From positions 1 through 56,549 of IMG/VR virus record IMGVR_UViG_3300036846_000279: a stretch of 56,549 nt of DNA. The stretch is one strand, 5' to 3'. Each line of letters starts with the position of its first letter. Position 1 is the first letter of the stretch. The stretch is from a virus. Lineage: Duplodnaviria; Caudoviricetes. The notes beneath the pieces were generated by a model. That model had not been told where the DNA came from, searched no databases, and was given only the letters and a program-made list of their open reading frames with translations. This document shows, in pieces, positions 29,349 through 39,275 of the stretch. The position numbers and the translations under genes are program-made.

Positions 29349-31531
29349 GTGGGCCAATATCTCCAACCTGTGCCGGATCGTTCTTTTGTAACTAGACCAC
29401 GCTCTTCAAGCGTACCCAAAATAAGATCCGCGTCTCGTTTATCGAGTTTATAACGCTTCATAATCGAGCCTCTAAGAATTCCGGGCTTATCGACTATGAT
29501 CTTATAGACCTTCTCCATCATTCGCTCTCTTGGTAGAGTACCTGCATTTGTTATCAATTGAATTGAGTGTCTTCCCCACCTTTGAATGTACCATGCCGCA
29601 TTAAGCACATCACCTTCCTCAACGATTATTTTGTTGTCTGCGGGAACCTGACGCTCTGCCGCAAACAGTACAGAAAGCTTAAGCATTGATTTGGATAATC
29701 GACTGAAGGTTGGTTGTGCCATAGCTCTGATAGAGCTTTCTGCGGCTAGCTTATCCATTCTCAATTCAAAGTCCTGAAACATTTTCCAGGCATCAAGAGT
29801 TGGGTCTGCCACAAATCTCTGAGGCATCCTTACTTTCTGCCCACCGATCTTTGCCACCACTTCTGTGGAGTATAATTCATAGATATCTGCTATACGAGCT
29901 AGAATCAAAGATCGTTTGTTCGTACCAATTTCTGTAGGTGGTCCTGTGGGTTTGATCCTTTCAAAGTCAGGATCACCAGACACAACTAGAAATCTCGGCA
30001 AAAATCCACTGGTGACATATTCCTCGTTTACTGATTCGTAGACTCTATCTCTAACTCCACCACCGAAGAAAATAAAAATCGGATGCTCAATACTGATTGT
30101 CTCTTTGCGAAGCTTCCGACGAAACACTGGTGGACAGTCGTACAACTGAGTCAGTGTCTCTGGCATCCCTGACAAATATTCCTTGCGACGCATAGATTCA
30201 AAGAGTCCAGAGATTTCGTCTTTGAAGAATACGCTTGTCTTGTTGGGTCTTACAGCTAACGCTTCTAGAATACCCTCAGCAGATCCTTCTGTGGCTACAA
30301 TCATTTCTGGATCAATAGCCATCACAAAATCTACTGCCATCTTCATCGCAGTAGTCTTTCTAGTGAGAGTCGAATCGCCAAGCAACATACCCCAAAGGTT
30401 CGGAGAGATTTTGTCATACTGTGTTTCAATTGTTACACTGTTAGCAATAACAGCACTTAGCAACATAGCAGCCGCAAGTTCATGGTATTCCTCAACCGCG
30501 TCTGTAGCTTCAACAGCCCAATCTTTGTATTGATCTATGAAGGTAGTGCTGTGGGGTTCTTTGACAAGTTCCAGCATTTCGAGAGCCGTAAACCCATCCT
30601 CACCACCATAAGCTATATAAGACTTATGCGCTTTAGTTACATCACGCCACAGATGCTCAGGCGGTCTACCATCACGCGCATATTTATTACATGGAGCGCC
30701 CAACATAACGGCAAAAACTTCCTCCGGCTCCATTCCAGCCTCAAAGCAGATATGGATAAGCTTCCATACAAGTGTAGACCAATCATCGTCATACCCAGGC
30801 TCTTGGAAGTAAGCTATACTAAAGACTGATTTGTTAAGAGCAGTTCTGTACTTATAGATTACGGCCTCATCTATTGGCAGCTCATTCAGATTGGGCATTT
30901 CAGAATATCCGGGTGGTGGCTTCTCATCTTCCACCATAGGCAAGACCGTATCGAATAGAGCTGGCGGCGCTTGTGTTTCTAGAGCGCGCACAATATCTAT
31001 TCCAGGCTTGTTTTTATACTTGAAATTGGTAGTCAGCGGGACTCGCATAAGCTGCGTCAAATCCCAACCTGACTTATCGGCGCCTACATAGTAAGCCATT
31101 CGCCTGCTGTAATTCTCAGCTAGCCTGGGTTCCAATTTGGTAGTAGTACGCCAGTAGGCTTGCCATTTATCATCCGATGAGCTTACCAAAATTCCTGGCG
31201 GAATTGTTTTAAGCAGCTCCGAATCGGGACTAACCCCATCTAGATCAGACCAAATGAAGTTTGAAGGCAAAGCGTTAGCCTTGATACGCTGTGGGTTCTC
31301 TAGAAGATTCACACAGAAGTAAACGTTGAGCTTTTCTTCGTACTTGAGAATATGATTCTCGACCTTCAGAAACTCATCAGGCCATACAAAGAATGATTGC
31401 TTGAACGTTGTCTTAGGCATATCAGGATGGGTGGTGGCTACTGTAAACCACCCTTCTTGATCGCCAAAAAGAAGCTCAAAGAACATGAGCCTAATCTTGC
31501 TTTTGGGATTCTCTGGGGCGAATCTTGGCAT
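29345..31531 (-). CDS. Primase (RepB/prim-pol-like) fused to helicase-like (DUF3987-type) domain
   Basis: WSDLD, SS...QAYW and MRVP.T.N.KY motifs; C-terminal RKTT, DE and GFLPRF; winged-helix end. Confidence 0.8.
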   Translation of the reverse strand: MPRFAPENPKSKIRLMFFELLFGDQEGWFTVATTHPDMPKTTFKQSFFVWPDEFLKVENHILKYEEKLNVYFCVNLLENPQRIKANALPSNFIWSDLDGVSPDSELLKTIPPGILVSSSDDKWQAYWRTTTKLEPRLAENYSRRMAYYVGADKSGWDLTQLMRVPLTTNFKYKNKPGIDIVRALETQAPPALFDTVLPMVEDEKPPPGYSEMPNLNELPIDEAVIYKYRTALNKSVFSIAYFQEPGYDDDWSTLVWKLIHICFEAGMEPEEVFAVMLGAPCNKYARDGRPPEHLWRDVTKAHKSYIAYGGEDGFTALEMLELVKEPHSTTFIDQYKDWAVEATDAVEEYHELAAAMLLSAVIANSVTIETQYDKISPNLWGMLLGDSTLTRKTTAMKMAVDFVMAIDPEMIVATEGSAEGILEALAVRPNKTSVFFKDEISGLFESMRRKEYLSGMPETLTQLYDCPPVFRRKLRKETISIEHPIFIFFGGGVRDRVYESVNEEYVTSGFLPRFLVVSGDPDFERIKPTGPPTEIGTNKRSLILARIADIYELYSTEVVAKIGGQKVRMPQRFVADPTLDAWKMFQDFELRMDKLAAESSIRAMAQPTFSRLSKSMLKLSVLFAAERQVPADNKIIVEEGDVLNAAWYIQRWGRHSIQLITNAGTLPRERMMEKVYKIIVDKPGILRGSIMKRYKLDKRDADLILGTLEERGLVTKERSGTGWRYWPT

Positions 31532-31546
31532 TAAGGGGAGGAAAAA

Positions 31547-31583
31547 TAGGGTGACAGCCCTGGCTACAAGACTGTCACCCTAT
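31547..31583 (-). terminator. Intrinsic terminator after the SSB gene
   Basis: atagggtgacag...ctgtcaccctat hairpin followed by TTTTT on the - strand. Confidence 0.75.
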
Positions 31584-31593
31584 CGTAACCAGT

Positions 31594-32097
31594 TTAGAGC
31601 AAGCCGCTGCTAGCTTCTACTCCAGCGATTGAGCCAGCAGGCTTGACTCCCTTAACTGGATTGTTAAACTCATCAGCGATGAGGTTACCCTGTCCATCTC
31701 TGCGCTGTTCCTTACCAAGCACAACAACGCAACCACGACCGATGTAATCCTCAAAGTCTGGATCAAAGCTCCCGCTCATCACAGACTCTTCCGAATCACC
31801 AAGAGCCATAAAAAAGCGAGCAAGCATACCCTTCAGCTTAGCTGCCTTATTAGGATCGTAGCTATCGGGAGGAATGACATACTGTACCCAAGCCCGCTTA
31901 TTCTCCACTTCAGGATCAGTCAGCTTAAACTGAACCTTTACCATCGGAGTGCCAGCAGGCATCTTACCTGTGCCGGATGCGTTCTTGACTGCATCCATCG
32001 TAATCTCGAAAACCTCTGCGTTATACCTACCAGGCTCTACTGCCTCAAAGCCTTTAAGGTCAGCATCAGCGAGATTAAGGGGACCAAATGCACTCAT
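31594..32097 (-). CDS. Single-stranded DNA-binding protein (DUF669-like)
   Basis: F.AVEPGRY, GTPMVKVQF and NPVKGV motifs; follows the AAA ATPase. Confidence 0.7.
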   Translation of the reverse strand: MSAFGPLNLADADLKGFEAVEPGRYNAEVFEITMDAVKNASGTGKMPAGTPMVKVQFKLTDPEVENKRAWVQYVIPPDSYDPNKAAKLKGMLARFFMALGDSEESVMSGSFDPDFEDYIGRGCVVVLGKEQRRDGQGNLIADEFNNPVKGVKPAGSIAGVEASSGLL

Positions 32098-32137
32098 GTT
32101 ATGCTCTCTCCTTCTGGGTGTTTGATTAGCTTTTGGC

Positions 32138-32986
32138 TTACAGTTCAACTGTTGTTACTGTGCTGTGAATCAGATCCCACATTTGTGGAACCGAGGTATT
32201 CTCCATCAAAGTACCAAGAGCACTTGTTCGATCTTTCGCTACTACCCTCCGAGTTCCTTGGACTTGTAGCTTTCTAACGATCACCCCGCTTCCTGGCTCG
32301 ATTTCAGGATAAAGGTAGCCTACGATATCCATAAAGCCTGGAATCTCTGTACGTAGCTTACCAGCAAATCCAGGGAAGTATTTGGTAGGTTGACCTTCTT
32401 CTTGAAGTGTTCCAAGCTGAGCGGTGAAAATGGTATGAGCGGGAAGATCACGAAATGCACGTACAATAGTTCGCATATGAACTCTTGACTTTCCCCACTC
32501 GCGTTGCGACGGAACATCTTTATCAACTTTATCGGGATTCCTTCCATACGCTTCCTTCATGATGAAGCGCATATCAAGGTCTGCAAGTTCAGGCAACGAA
32601 TCGAGCATCAGTGTCTTGTAATGCATCGTTCCGTTTTGAATGCTGTGGTAAAGGTCGTTATGCAACTTCTCAAGCTCAGGCATAGACCTTACCGTTACCA
32701 CGTCAACGCCTTGCCTGTGGCGAAGTGTAGTAACACCGCCTTCAATATCAACTACCAACAACGGACGAGTACGCTCATCATCATCGGCAGTACCACCAAG
32801 CCATGTTTTACCTGCTCCTGGCTCACCATACACAAGAAGGTTAAGCCAGTCAACAATCTGGCTAGGTGGCTTGACTTGTAGAAGCTCACGTAGCTCAGTC
32901 GTTCCATTGACTGCTACGCTATGTTCCTCGACTGTGGCGGTTTCTGACATAGGAACCGCTTGCTCAGTCACTTCTTCAACTGACAT
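32138..32986 (-). CDS. AAA_24 / Sak4-like ATPase
   Basis: YGEPGAGKT, VDIEGG, LDS, DIVGYL and AKDR motifs. Confidence 0.85.
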   Translation of the reverse strand: MSVEEVTEQAVPMSETATVEEHSVAVNGTTELRELLQVKPPSQIVDWLNLLVYGEPGAGKTWLGGTADDDERTRPLLVVDIEGGVTTLRHRQGVDVVTVRSMPELEKLHNDLYHSIQNGTMHYKTLMLDSLPELADLDMRFIMKEAYGRNPDKVDKDVPSQREWGKSRVHMRTIVRAFRDLPAHTIFTAQLGTLQEEGQPTKYFPGFAGKLRTEIPGFMDIVGYLYPEIEPGSGVIVRKLQVQGTRRVVAKDRTSALGTLMENTSVPQMWDLIHSTVTTVEL

Positions 32987-33375
32987 TAGCTTAGCACACC
33001 TTTCGCTACCAGCATTTCGTTCATTATTCTTACTAGGTGAGTTGAACAGTAAGGAATGCCTTGGAACTTGTAGTACGTGGGTGAACTACAACCACGACTA
33101 GCACAACGCATTTCATTATCTGTTATTCTCAATGGACCTAGCTGTGGCTGAGTTGGATACTTCTTGCGTGGACTTTCCTCTGTTACTCCGTCCGCAAGTT
33201 TCTGCCACTTAGGTCTACGATCAACCTTTTCCTTAATAACGGAGCTGAGTAGTGAGGTTACTTCCTCACTACTCAGCCCCTTGATCTTACTAATGCCTAC
33301 GTTTTCTATAGGCATTGTTGATCCTTGCTGGTCCTGCTTTGAGCTTTTTTGATCCTCGTTTGTTGGCTGTGGCAT
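32986..33375 (-). CDS. Hypothetical protein with C-terminal Zn-binding motif
   Basis: CASRGC...YCSTH; start uncertain. Confidence 0.6.
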   Translation of the reverse strand: MPQPTNEDQKSSKQDQQGSTMPIENVGISKIKGLSSEEVTSLLSSVIKEKVDRRPKWQKLADGVTEESPRKKYPTQPQLGPLRITDNEMRCASRGCSSPTYYKFQGIPYCSTHLVRIMNEMLVAKGVLS

Positions 33376-33468
33376 AGAATACTGTTTTTCCCTTTTTTAG
33401 TCCGTATGTTTTAATCATTGCTCTTCTAGCTTTTTGCGCTGACTTACTGTAGTTCTTGATGGGCATTG

Positions 33469-34476
33469 TTAGTGATGCTCTACCTGCGGCGGATATACTG
33501 CCGCTTCATCAGGAACCCAAGCATAAGTAAGCGCCCTTCCGAGAATCGTAACGATCCATCTACCAGGCAAACCTTCTGTAGGATACACAGGTGCTCTCTT
33601 ATCAGAAGGCTCACCAAACGGATTTGTTACGAAACTCCAATTGAGTACTCCATCAACCTCTACCCAACACCAAAAACCATCCCTAAGATCGGGAAGCTCA
33701 GGCGGCGGAGGTACATCTGTTTCCAAATCCCAACCAGGAAGTGAGTTAGGCGGAAGCACAATAGGATGCTCAGGCTTAGCATCTGGATAGAAGATCGGAT
33801 GACTAGGATGAGCACCACTATCCCCACCACCATCAACAGGCGGCTTAGGCCAAATTTCAGGCGGAATAGGATGCTCAGGATGACCAGGCCACCAAGGTGG
33901 TGTATCTGGCGGAAGTACAATAGGATGCTCAGGCATATCAATACCTGAACCAGGAGGCCAGATTTCTGGAGGTAGATAGATAGGATGAGACGGCCTATTA
34001 CCACTATCTATCGGAGGCGGCAAAACAATGGGATGCTCCGGGTGATCTGGATTAGGCCAAATCTCAGGCGGAATAAAGATAGGATGCTCAGGACGAGCAC
34101 CACTATCAGGTGGTGGAAGCACAATAGGATGCTCAGGGCGAGCATCTGGCGGAAGTACAATAGGATGCTCAGGATACGGAGGCCAGTAAATCGGATGCTC
34201 AGGCTTAGCACCTTCATCTACTGGTGGTACTTCACCAGCACCATCAGGCGGTGCAATTGCCTCACCATACCAGTTAAATGTTCCCTGCTCTCCTGTGTTG
34301 CGATAGACACTCCAACCCCAAAAAGTTGGACCCTGTGACTCTGCATCAGAGTTATGCCAACCCGCAACTAGATGATCGCCTGCATCACGACCAGCTACAT
34401 ATTCAGCGACCCAACCAACATGATCGCCATACTGATCGTGGTAGACAATCTGACGTCCAACATCACCTTCTGCCAT
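33469..34476 (-). CDS. Proline-rich protein with ten P[ES]HPI repeats
   Basis: Repeats visible in protein and DNA (taggatgctcagg); RBS AGAGGT. Confidence 0.8.
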   Translation of the reverse strand: MAEGDVGRQIVYHDQYGDHVGWVAEYVAGRDAGDHLVAGWHNSDAESQGPTFWGWSVYRNTGEQGTFNWYGEAIAPPDGAGEVPPVDEGAKPEHPIYWPPYPEHPIVLPPDARPEHPIVLPPPDSGARPEHPIFIPPEIWPNPDHPEHPIVLPPPIDSGNRPSHPIYLPPEIWPPGSGIDMPEHPIVLPPDTPPWWPGHPEHPIPPEIWPKPPVDGGGDSGAHPSHPIFYPDAKPEHPIVLPPNSLPGWDLETDVPPPPELPDLRDGFWCWVEVDGVLNWSFVTNPFGEPSDKRAPVYPTEGLPGRWIVTILGRALTYAWVPDEAAVYPPQVEHH

Positions 34477-34556
34477 GCGTAACCTCTTTCTTTCATAGTT
34501 TGTTTTACTGGGGACAAACTACTGAGGTACGTTAGCCTCCTTCCCGTTTGAGATGG

Positions 34557-34703
34557 CTACTTAATGAGGAGCCTGATTACTGCTAGAATCACCACAGTCT
34601 CAATACTGAGCACAAAAATAACAAAGCTCAGCCTGAGGATGAAACGCAGCCATCTGTCCTCACGATTAAAGCTAGCAGTTTTACTGAAATCAAACAGATC
34701 CAT
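34557..34703 (-). CDS. 48-aa membrane protein
   Basis: ATG overlaps the upstream stop; hydrophobic C-terminal half. Confidence 0.5.
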   Translation of the reverse strand: MDLFDFSKTASFNREDRWLRFILRLSFVIFVLSIETVVILAVIRLLIK

Positions 34704-35932
34704 TACCTGTCTTTGGCTGTGACGTAGTTATCCCGTAGGAGTTGCGAATAATCCCCACCGTCTTCTCTGGCGATACACGGAATGCGAAATACACAGTTGA
34801 GACATTGGTAAGTGTTTGAGATGTTCGGGTAGATACGCGGGTCACCAAGCATATCCAACGCTTCCAAGTAGATGCGATACCCTGCATTGTTGAGCTGGTG
34901 ACGATTACGTCTGACCGCCTTACGGATGATGAATTGCTCATCCCCTACCTCTCGAAGGTAGTCCACGTAGGCTTCTTGCTTTTCGGACAAGCGTACACCC
35001 GGTATGTGAGTCTTGATCCACTCTTGTAGCATATCGTAAGTCGTGGACTCCGTGTCTCTGGCAACAGAGAACATACCGTTTTTGAGTTCTGTAGGCGGCG
35101 ACGGATATGCTTTTCGCAAAGTGTTATAGATGACTTCTTCAAGTGGCTCACCTTTATGAGGAAGGTTATAGTATTGAGCCTCAACTTCTGCGGCCCAAAG
35201 ATAACTGGTACACTGTTCATCGGTTTCCAGCTTAGCGAAGTATTCTTCTCCTACTTTCTCCGCTGTCTTGTGGTCGATAATACCCATCTTACCACTAGGC
35301 TTAACCGTCAAACCATCCAATCTTCCTCTAGCGTGAACCTCCAACTCTTTACCGTAGTTGGGTGATTCTTCACGAACATCAATCCGCTTGAGAATACAGT
35401 TGTTCTCGTAGTCCCAAATCGGAACTGAGAAATCATGCTCAGTCATAAAGACTATGAAGTCATCATTCACTACCGCATACTGCTTGTAGAACTTCATCAT
35501 TTCGATACCCAAGACCTTAAGAGCTTCAAACTCTTCATGGTCAGGATCAGGAATGATATCCTCCAAGCCTCTCACAATCCACAGACTAACATCGTCTGGC
35601 TTAGGACGAGGCTTTAGATCGTAAACCTTATCGAGCCATTCAAGCTCTACAGTCCCGCCACGCCATTGAATATCGAACCATGTCATCCATGCTTCGACAG
35701 GATCACGACTAAAGCCAGGATTGTAATAGTGTTCCAAGGCCCAATGAATACCCGTACCAAACCACATGGGGATATTCACCCCATGAACATCAGCACGAAT
35801 AGAAAGGTTGTTACGAGCGGGACTAGACCAGTCCCAATATCTGCGACACCGCTTAAACGATGCCCGATCACTGTTGTGAATCGGCACTACGTCCCATTTA
35901 CTAGGTATCTCTGGAGGCTTAAATGCCCCCAT
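34703..35932 (-). CDS. PD-(D/E)XK Cas4/RecB-like exonuclease
   Basis: SFKRCRR, FGTGIHWALE, GRLD, IIDHKT, Q..SY and C..CVF...C motifs. Confidence 0.88.
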   Translation of the reverse strand: MGAFKPPEIPSKWDVVPIHNSDRASFKRCRRYWDWSSPARNNLSIRADVHGVNIPMWFGTGIHWALEHYYNPGFSRDPVEAWMTWFDIQWRGGTVELEWLDKVYDLKPRPKPDDVSLWIVRGLEDIIPDPDHEEFEALKVLGIEMMKFYKQYAVVNDDFIVFMTEHDFSVPIWDYENNCILKRIDVREESPNYGKELEVHARGRLDGLTVKPSGKMGIIDHKTAEKVGEEYFAKLETDEQCTSYLWAAEVEAQYYNLPHKGEPLEEVIYNTLRKAYPSPPTELKNGMFSVARDTESTTYDMLQEWIKTHIPGVRLSEKQEAYVDYLREVGDEQFIIRKAVRRNRHQLNNAGYRIYLEALDMLGDPRIYPNISNTYQCLNCVFRIPCIAREDGGDYSQLLRDNYVTAKDR

Positions 35933-35936
35933 AGAT

Positions 35937-36485
35937 TTAGAAGTTGAGTCTTGCGAAATCACCAAATGCCTCTCTCGCTGCTTCATCATAGGCTCTAGCT
36001 GCATCTTCTTCATCAGTAAAAGAGCCTAGATATCTGCGTTTGCCATTAGCTTTAATTTGTGCCATCCATTTTCTGTTTTTGATAAGCCAAGTTACGCCTC
36101 TGTATTGCGAGGTCGTGTTAGGCGGTCTATCTCTATTAACCATATTCTGTGATCTTGTGGCGAGACGCATGTTCTCACGTCTGCAATCAAGACCGTTCCC
36201 GTTTATATGGTCTACTTCCGAATCACCTGGGCCAAGACCTAAAATGAATCTATGCAAGTAAGTCAGTCTTGGCAAGCCTACGGAATTTGATATACCATAT
36301 TCTTTTCCGTGCTGAAGAGTGTATGACCAAATATGTTCAGACACTCTTTCGTAATCTTCTTCACTTACTAAAGCTACTTTTCCCTGACTCAGTGGAATCT
36401 GTCTCACAGATTTACGAGATGCCGTATCCGCGGCTTCTGTAAGAGCTGTCATTCCTGCGATAGGTGCCACTTGTCTCCCGTCCAT
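35937..36485 (-). CDS. HNH endonuclease with AP2 domain
   Basis: LHRFI...VDHINGNGLDCRRENMR; SQYRGV...YLGSF..EEDAARAYD. Confidence 0.92.
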   Translation of the reverse strand: MDGRQVAPIAGMTALTEAADTASRKSVRQIPLSQGKVALVSEEDYERVSEHIWSYTLQHGKEYGISNSVGLPRLTYLHRFILGLGPGDSEVDHINGNGLDCRRENMRLATRSQNMVNRDRPPNTTSQYRGVTWLIKNRKWMAQIKANGKRRYLGSFTDEEDAARAYDEAAREAFGDFARLNF

Positions 36486-36503
36486 AATTCGTGGCGAAGG
36501 GGC

Positions 36504-36532
36504 AGTCTAGCATAAATGACTCCGGTTGTCAA
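36504..36532 (-). promoter_or_regulatory. Sigma70/SigA-type promoter
   Basis: TTGACA-17 nt-TAGACT with extended TG. Confidence 0.8.
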
Positions 36533-36750
36533 GGGCTGTGGGGAAATTTTTATCCTGGGGTAACTGTGAAAGGTAATAGATATCTCAGAAATATTACTCA
36601 GCTAGGTAGTTACTTTGTGACAATGAGCACAATGACTCCAGCGGCGCGGGAGTTTGTGCCATTCGTCACTAACTTTCCAGCGACTCCTTGCGGAATACCC
36701 TTTCCGAGATAGCCACGAAAGATTGCAGCTATCTCAGAAAGATTACTCAA

Positions 36751-36918
36751 CTAACTAGCTTTATCCCAGAAGTTCCACCACCACCATACGAACCAAATAG
36801 CGACAAGTGGAATACCGACGCCAATAGCCCATAGGTTGTGGGATGCAAGCATTGCCGTTATAGAGATAATACTGATGGCAACAGTTCTCTTCTTATTTGG
36901 GGGTCTGAACTGATACAT
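36751..36918 (-). CDS. 55-aa Trp-rich membrane protein
   Basis: MYQFRPPNKKR...AIWFVWWWWNFW; abuts the upstream stop. Confidence 0.55.
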   Translation of the reverse strand: MYQFRPPNKKRTVAISIISITAMLASHNLWAIGVGIPLVAIWFVWWWWNFWDKAS

Positions 36919-37233
36919 CTAAAGACTCTTCACCCACTCCCAAACATCGCTACGTTTGGTGAGCGTGATCCTGTTCTGCTTCGGATTCCTGTATTGCCTA
37001 CGGACTCTAATCATAGGCCGAGGACTGAGAAATCCTGTGAAGAAGAATTGCCTACCATCAGGCAACTCTGTAAACCAGCTATTCGATCCTGGATCTAGAC
37101 GTGTGGACTTGATTACATGACCAGGACACTCCAGATTGAGAGCCAGAGATAGCTCCATAACCAGTGGCTCTAGAGCCTTTGCATGATGCCGAATAGCATA
37201 CACCACTGGATGCATGTTGTTTTTTCTTTTCAC
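36919..37233 (-). CDS. Hypothetical protein
   Basis: ORF track; tight gene packing. Confidence 0.65.
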   Translation of the reverse strand: MKRKNNMHPVVYAIRHHAKALEPLVMELSLALNLECPGHVIKSTRLDPGSNSWFTELPDGRQFFFTGFLSPRPMIRVRRQYRNPKQNRITLTKRSDVWEWVKSL

Positions 37234-37248
37234 TTTTAGCTCCTATTT

Positions 37249-37656
37249 TTACCATTTTCTTCTTGAGACACGAAACAGAAACTCACGTCTTAGAAGATTA
37301 GCATGTTCGTCGTCGGCATTGTCGTACACATCGCCGAACTTCTCAAGAGTCTTACCACGTACAACTTCACGACCAAGATCAGTCAGTTCCCACTGACCTC
37401 TGACCTTAGCCTTTTCTAGCAGGCCCAACCTACTCATATGCGAAAAGCGAATTGACACGCAACGAATTGCGTGCCAATGCCAATCTGGATCACGTTTACC
37501 TCTGGGCCAGATTTGCAGAGCAACTTCTTCGATATCCGCAAGACCATCACTGTTACTCAAATCTCTCGCAATCGCTAGTAATTCACGATCTGAGAAATCA
37601 GTGATTCTTAGTGATGGGCCGCTACCGTTCCTGTTGTTATTCCTTCCACGCGGCAT
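37249..37656 (-). CDS. Winged-helix protein (Mrr N-terminal-like)
   Basis: MSRLGLLEK...RGQWELTDLGR. Confidence 0.6.
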   Translation of the reverse strand: MPRGRNNNRNGSGPSLRITDFSDRELLAIARDLSNSDGLADIEEVALQIWPRGKRDPDWHWHAIRCVSIRFSHMSRLGLLEKAKVRGQWELTDLGREVVRGKTLEKFGDVYDNADDEHANLLRREFLFRVSRRKW

Positions 37657-38053
37657 AAGCGTGCCCGCCACCTTGCACACTACGAGTAGCACGAATCAGA
37701 TTGTTCTCACGCAGCCATGCCATTGATTTACCAGCGGTGGAAGGATGAAGCTCAGTAACGTTGGCAATCTCTGTGACTGTCCAATCTTCCTTCTCTGAGT
37801 CGTTCATCACTTTGAGAAGCTGGTCAGCAGTCGGTGGCTTACCTGTGGGGTTTTTGCTATTGCTGCTGCTACGCTTACCAGTGTTCTTCTTACCAGCAAG
37901 CACAGTGAGAGTTTTCTCAACACGCTTGTATTCACGCTTAGCTGTATCAAGTTCCTTTTCCAATCTAACGACATTCAAGGAAAGATCAACAGCAGCACTT
38001 TCGAGGGATTCTTTTACCCTAGTCAGAACCTTGTCTACATCTACTTCTGACAT
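37637..38053 (-). CDS. Coiled-coil plus winged-HTH protein
   Basis: N-terminal heptads; WTVTEIANVTELHPSTA...L...NLI. Confidence 0.7.
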   Translation of the reverse strand: MSEVDVDKVLTRVKESLESAAVDLSLNVVRLEKELDTAKREYKRVEKTLTVLAGKKNTGKRSSSNSKNPTGKPPTADQLLKVMNDSEKEDWTVTEIANVTELHPSTAGKSMAWLRENNLIRATRSVQGGGHAYAAWKE

Positions 38054-38085
38054 TTTCTCTCCCGTTTAGCTGTGGGGTTTTTAGC

Positions 38086-38247
38086 TTAGGTCAGTACGAC
38101 TTTAATCTCGTCGTCTTCAAACCTTACGTCTTTGAGATGGAGCTTTGTAACAACTTCACCTGAAAGCCAAAACGTGACTGACTCTTCACCATGATCGTCG
38201 ATAAGTAACATCAAGTCTTCGACCATGTTAGCTTCATTAGGCTCCAT
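38086..38247 (-). CDS. Small acidic hypothetical protein
   Basis: GGGAGG upstream of MEPNEA. Confidence 0.6.
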   Translation of the reverse strand: MEPNEANMVEDLMLLIDDHGEESVTFWLSGEVVTKLHLKDVRFEDDEIKVVLT

Positions 38248-38258
38248 TGTTGCCTCCC

Positions 38259-38429
38259 TTAGTAGACGAGACACACTTCGATAATGACAGCGTTCTCGGT
38301 CTTGTCGTAGTTGATATCGGTAATCATCATGCGATTACCTTCATCATCAAAGATGATGAGCTTACGATCAGGCTGCGACTCCATCTGAGCCTTCAATTCC
38401 TCAGTAGCTTCTTCATGTGTCAGTTTCAC
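38259..38429 (-). CDS. 56-aa hypothetical protein (MKLTHEEATEEL...)
   Basis: GTG start after AACGGGAG; fills the gap; not in the ORF track. Confidence 0.55.
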   Translation of the reverse strand: MKLTHEEATEELKAQMESQPDRKLIIFDDEGNRMMITDINYDKTENAVIIEVCLVY

Positions 38430-38644
38430 ATCTGCTCCCGTTCTTCAAGATACTCTTCGATGTTTTCGATCATGGCCTTGATTGTGTCTTGGGTCATAAA
38501 TTCGTGGAAAGAATCCATATCCTCAATGTCTCCGTGGATATGGATAGCCACATTTCCATCCCAAACCTTGCTAACCATAATCGACTTGAAGAAATCAAGT
38601 GCTTCTTTCGGATCTTCAAAGACTACCGTAACGGAAATCATCAG
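38426..38644 (-). CDS. Small acidic hypothetical protein
   Basis: ORF track; coupled to neighbours; start uncertain. Confidence 0.55.
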   Translation of the reverse strand: MMISVTVVFEDPKEALDFFKSIMVSKVWDGNVAIHIHGDIEDMDSFHEFMTQDTIKAMIENIEEYLEEREQM

Positions 38645-38847
38645 CAGATACACTCTGTGGTCAAAGCCTTGAAATGCGCTGCTGGCTTTTCTTCATCAGA
38701 GTAAGTTGCTGTGATCCACCAATTAGTTTCCGTTCCATCAATGGGTCCGAAATCAATCATATCCAACTTGACTTCGACACCACGCTTAGCAGCCTTTTCC
38801 TTCATTCTCATAAGCGAATCGAAGTTGCATGGCGTAAGCTCACTCAT
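38641..38847 (-). CDS. Hypothetical protein
   Basis: ORF track; coupled to neighbours. Confidence 0.6.
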   Translation of the reverse strand: MSELTPCNFDSLMRMKEKAAKRGVEVKLDMIDFGPIDGTETNWWITATYSDEEKPAAHFKALTTECIC

Positions 38848-39020
38848 AGGGACCTACCTTGTTACGCTTGGCAAAAGCGTCTGCCACGATAACACCCGAT
38901 AAAACTCGTGGCAGATTCTGCATCAGACCACAAGTGCATACATCACTTGTGAGTCCCTTCTCACATTCTTCAGAGTGATACACATACCTTCTGAAGAATT
39001 CAACGATCGACATATCTCCG

Positions 39021-39275
39021 CTACTCATCATCATCATCATCATCATCATCATCTTCATCAGTCGGTGCGATTCGATCCCCAAAAGGGCCACTAGCACTCT
39101 CAGTAACAAAGATATTAGTAAGCCCGTTTGGTTCATCAACACGCATTACAGCCATCTCATGCTCTATGCTTGGATTAGACAGAAAGAGAAAATCATGAAT
39201 GTCTCCAGCTATCTTCAAGATTTCCTCTTCTGTCTTATCCCTAATGACGAATTCCAACTGGTAATCATTCATCAT
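39021..39275 (-). CDS. Acidic protein with poly-Asp tail
   Basis: (GAT)n run at the 3' end; likely start MMNDYQ. Confidence 0.55.
   Translation of the reverse strand: MMNDYQLEFVIRDKTEEEILKIAGDIHDFLFLSNPSIEHEMAVMRVDEPNGLTNIFVTESASGPFGDRIAPTDEDDDDDDDDDE

Noticed and set aside
34703-35932. Cas4 as part of a CRISPR-Cas system
   Set aside because: Stand-alone Cas4-like nucleases are common in phage recombination modules, and this one lies near the ATPase and SSB genes.
39025-39059. (CAT)n microsatellite / poly-Met ORF (38840-39142)
   Set aside because: Best explained as the poly-Asp tail of the 39021-39275 gene; the poly-Met frame is an overlap by-product, although its 3' part may be a short real gene.
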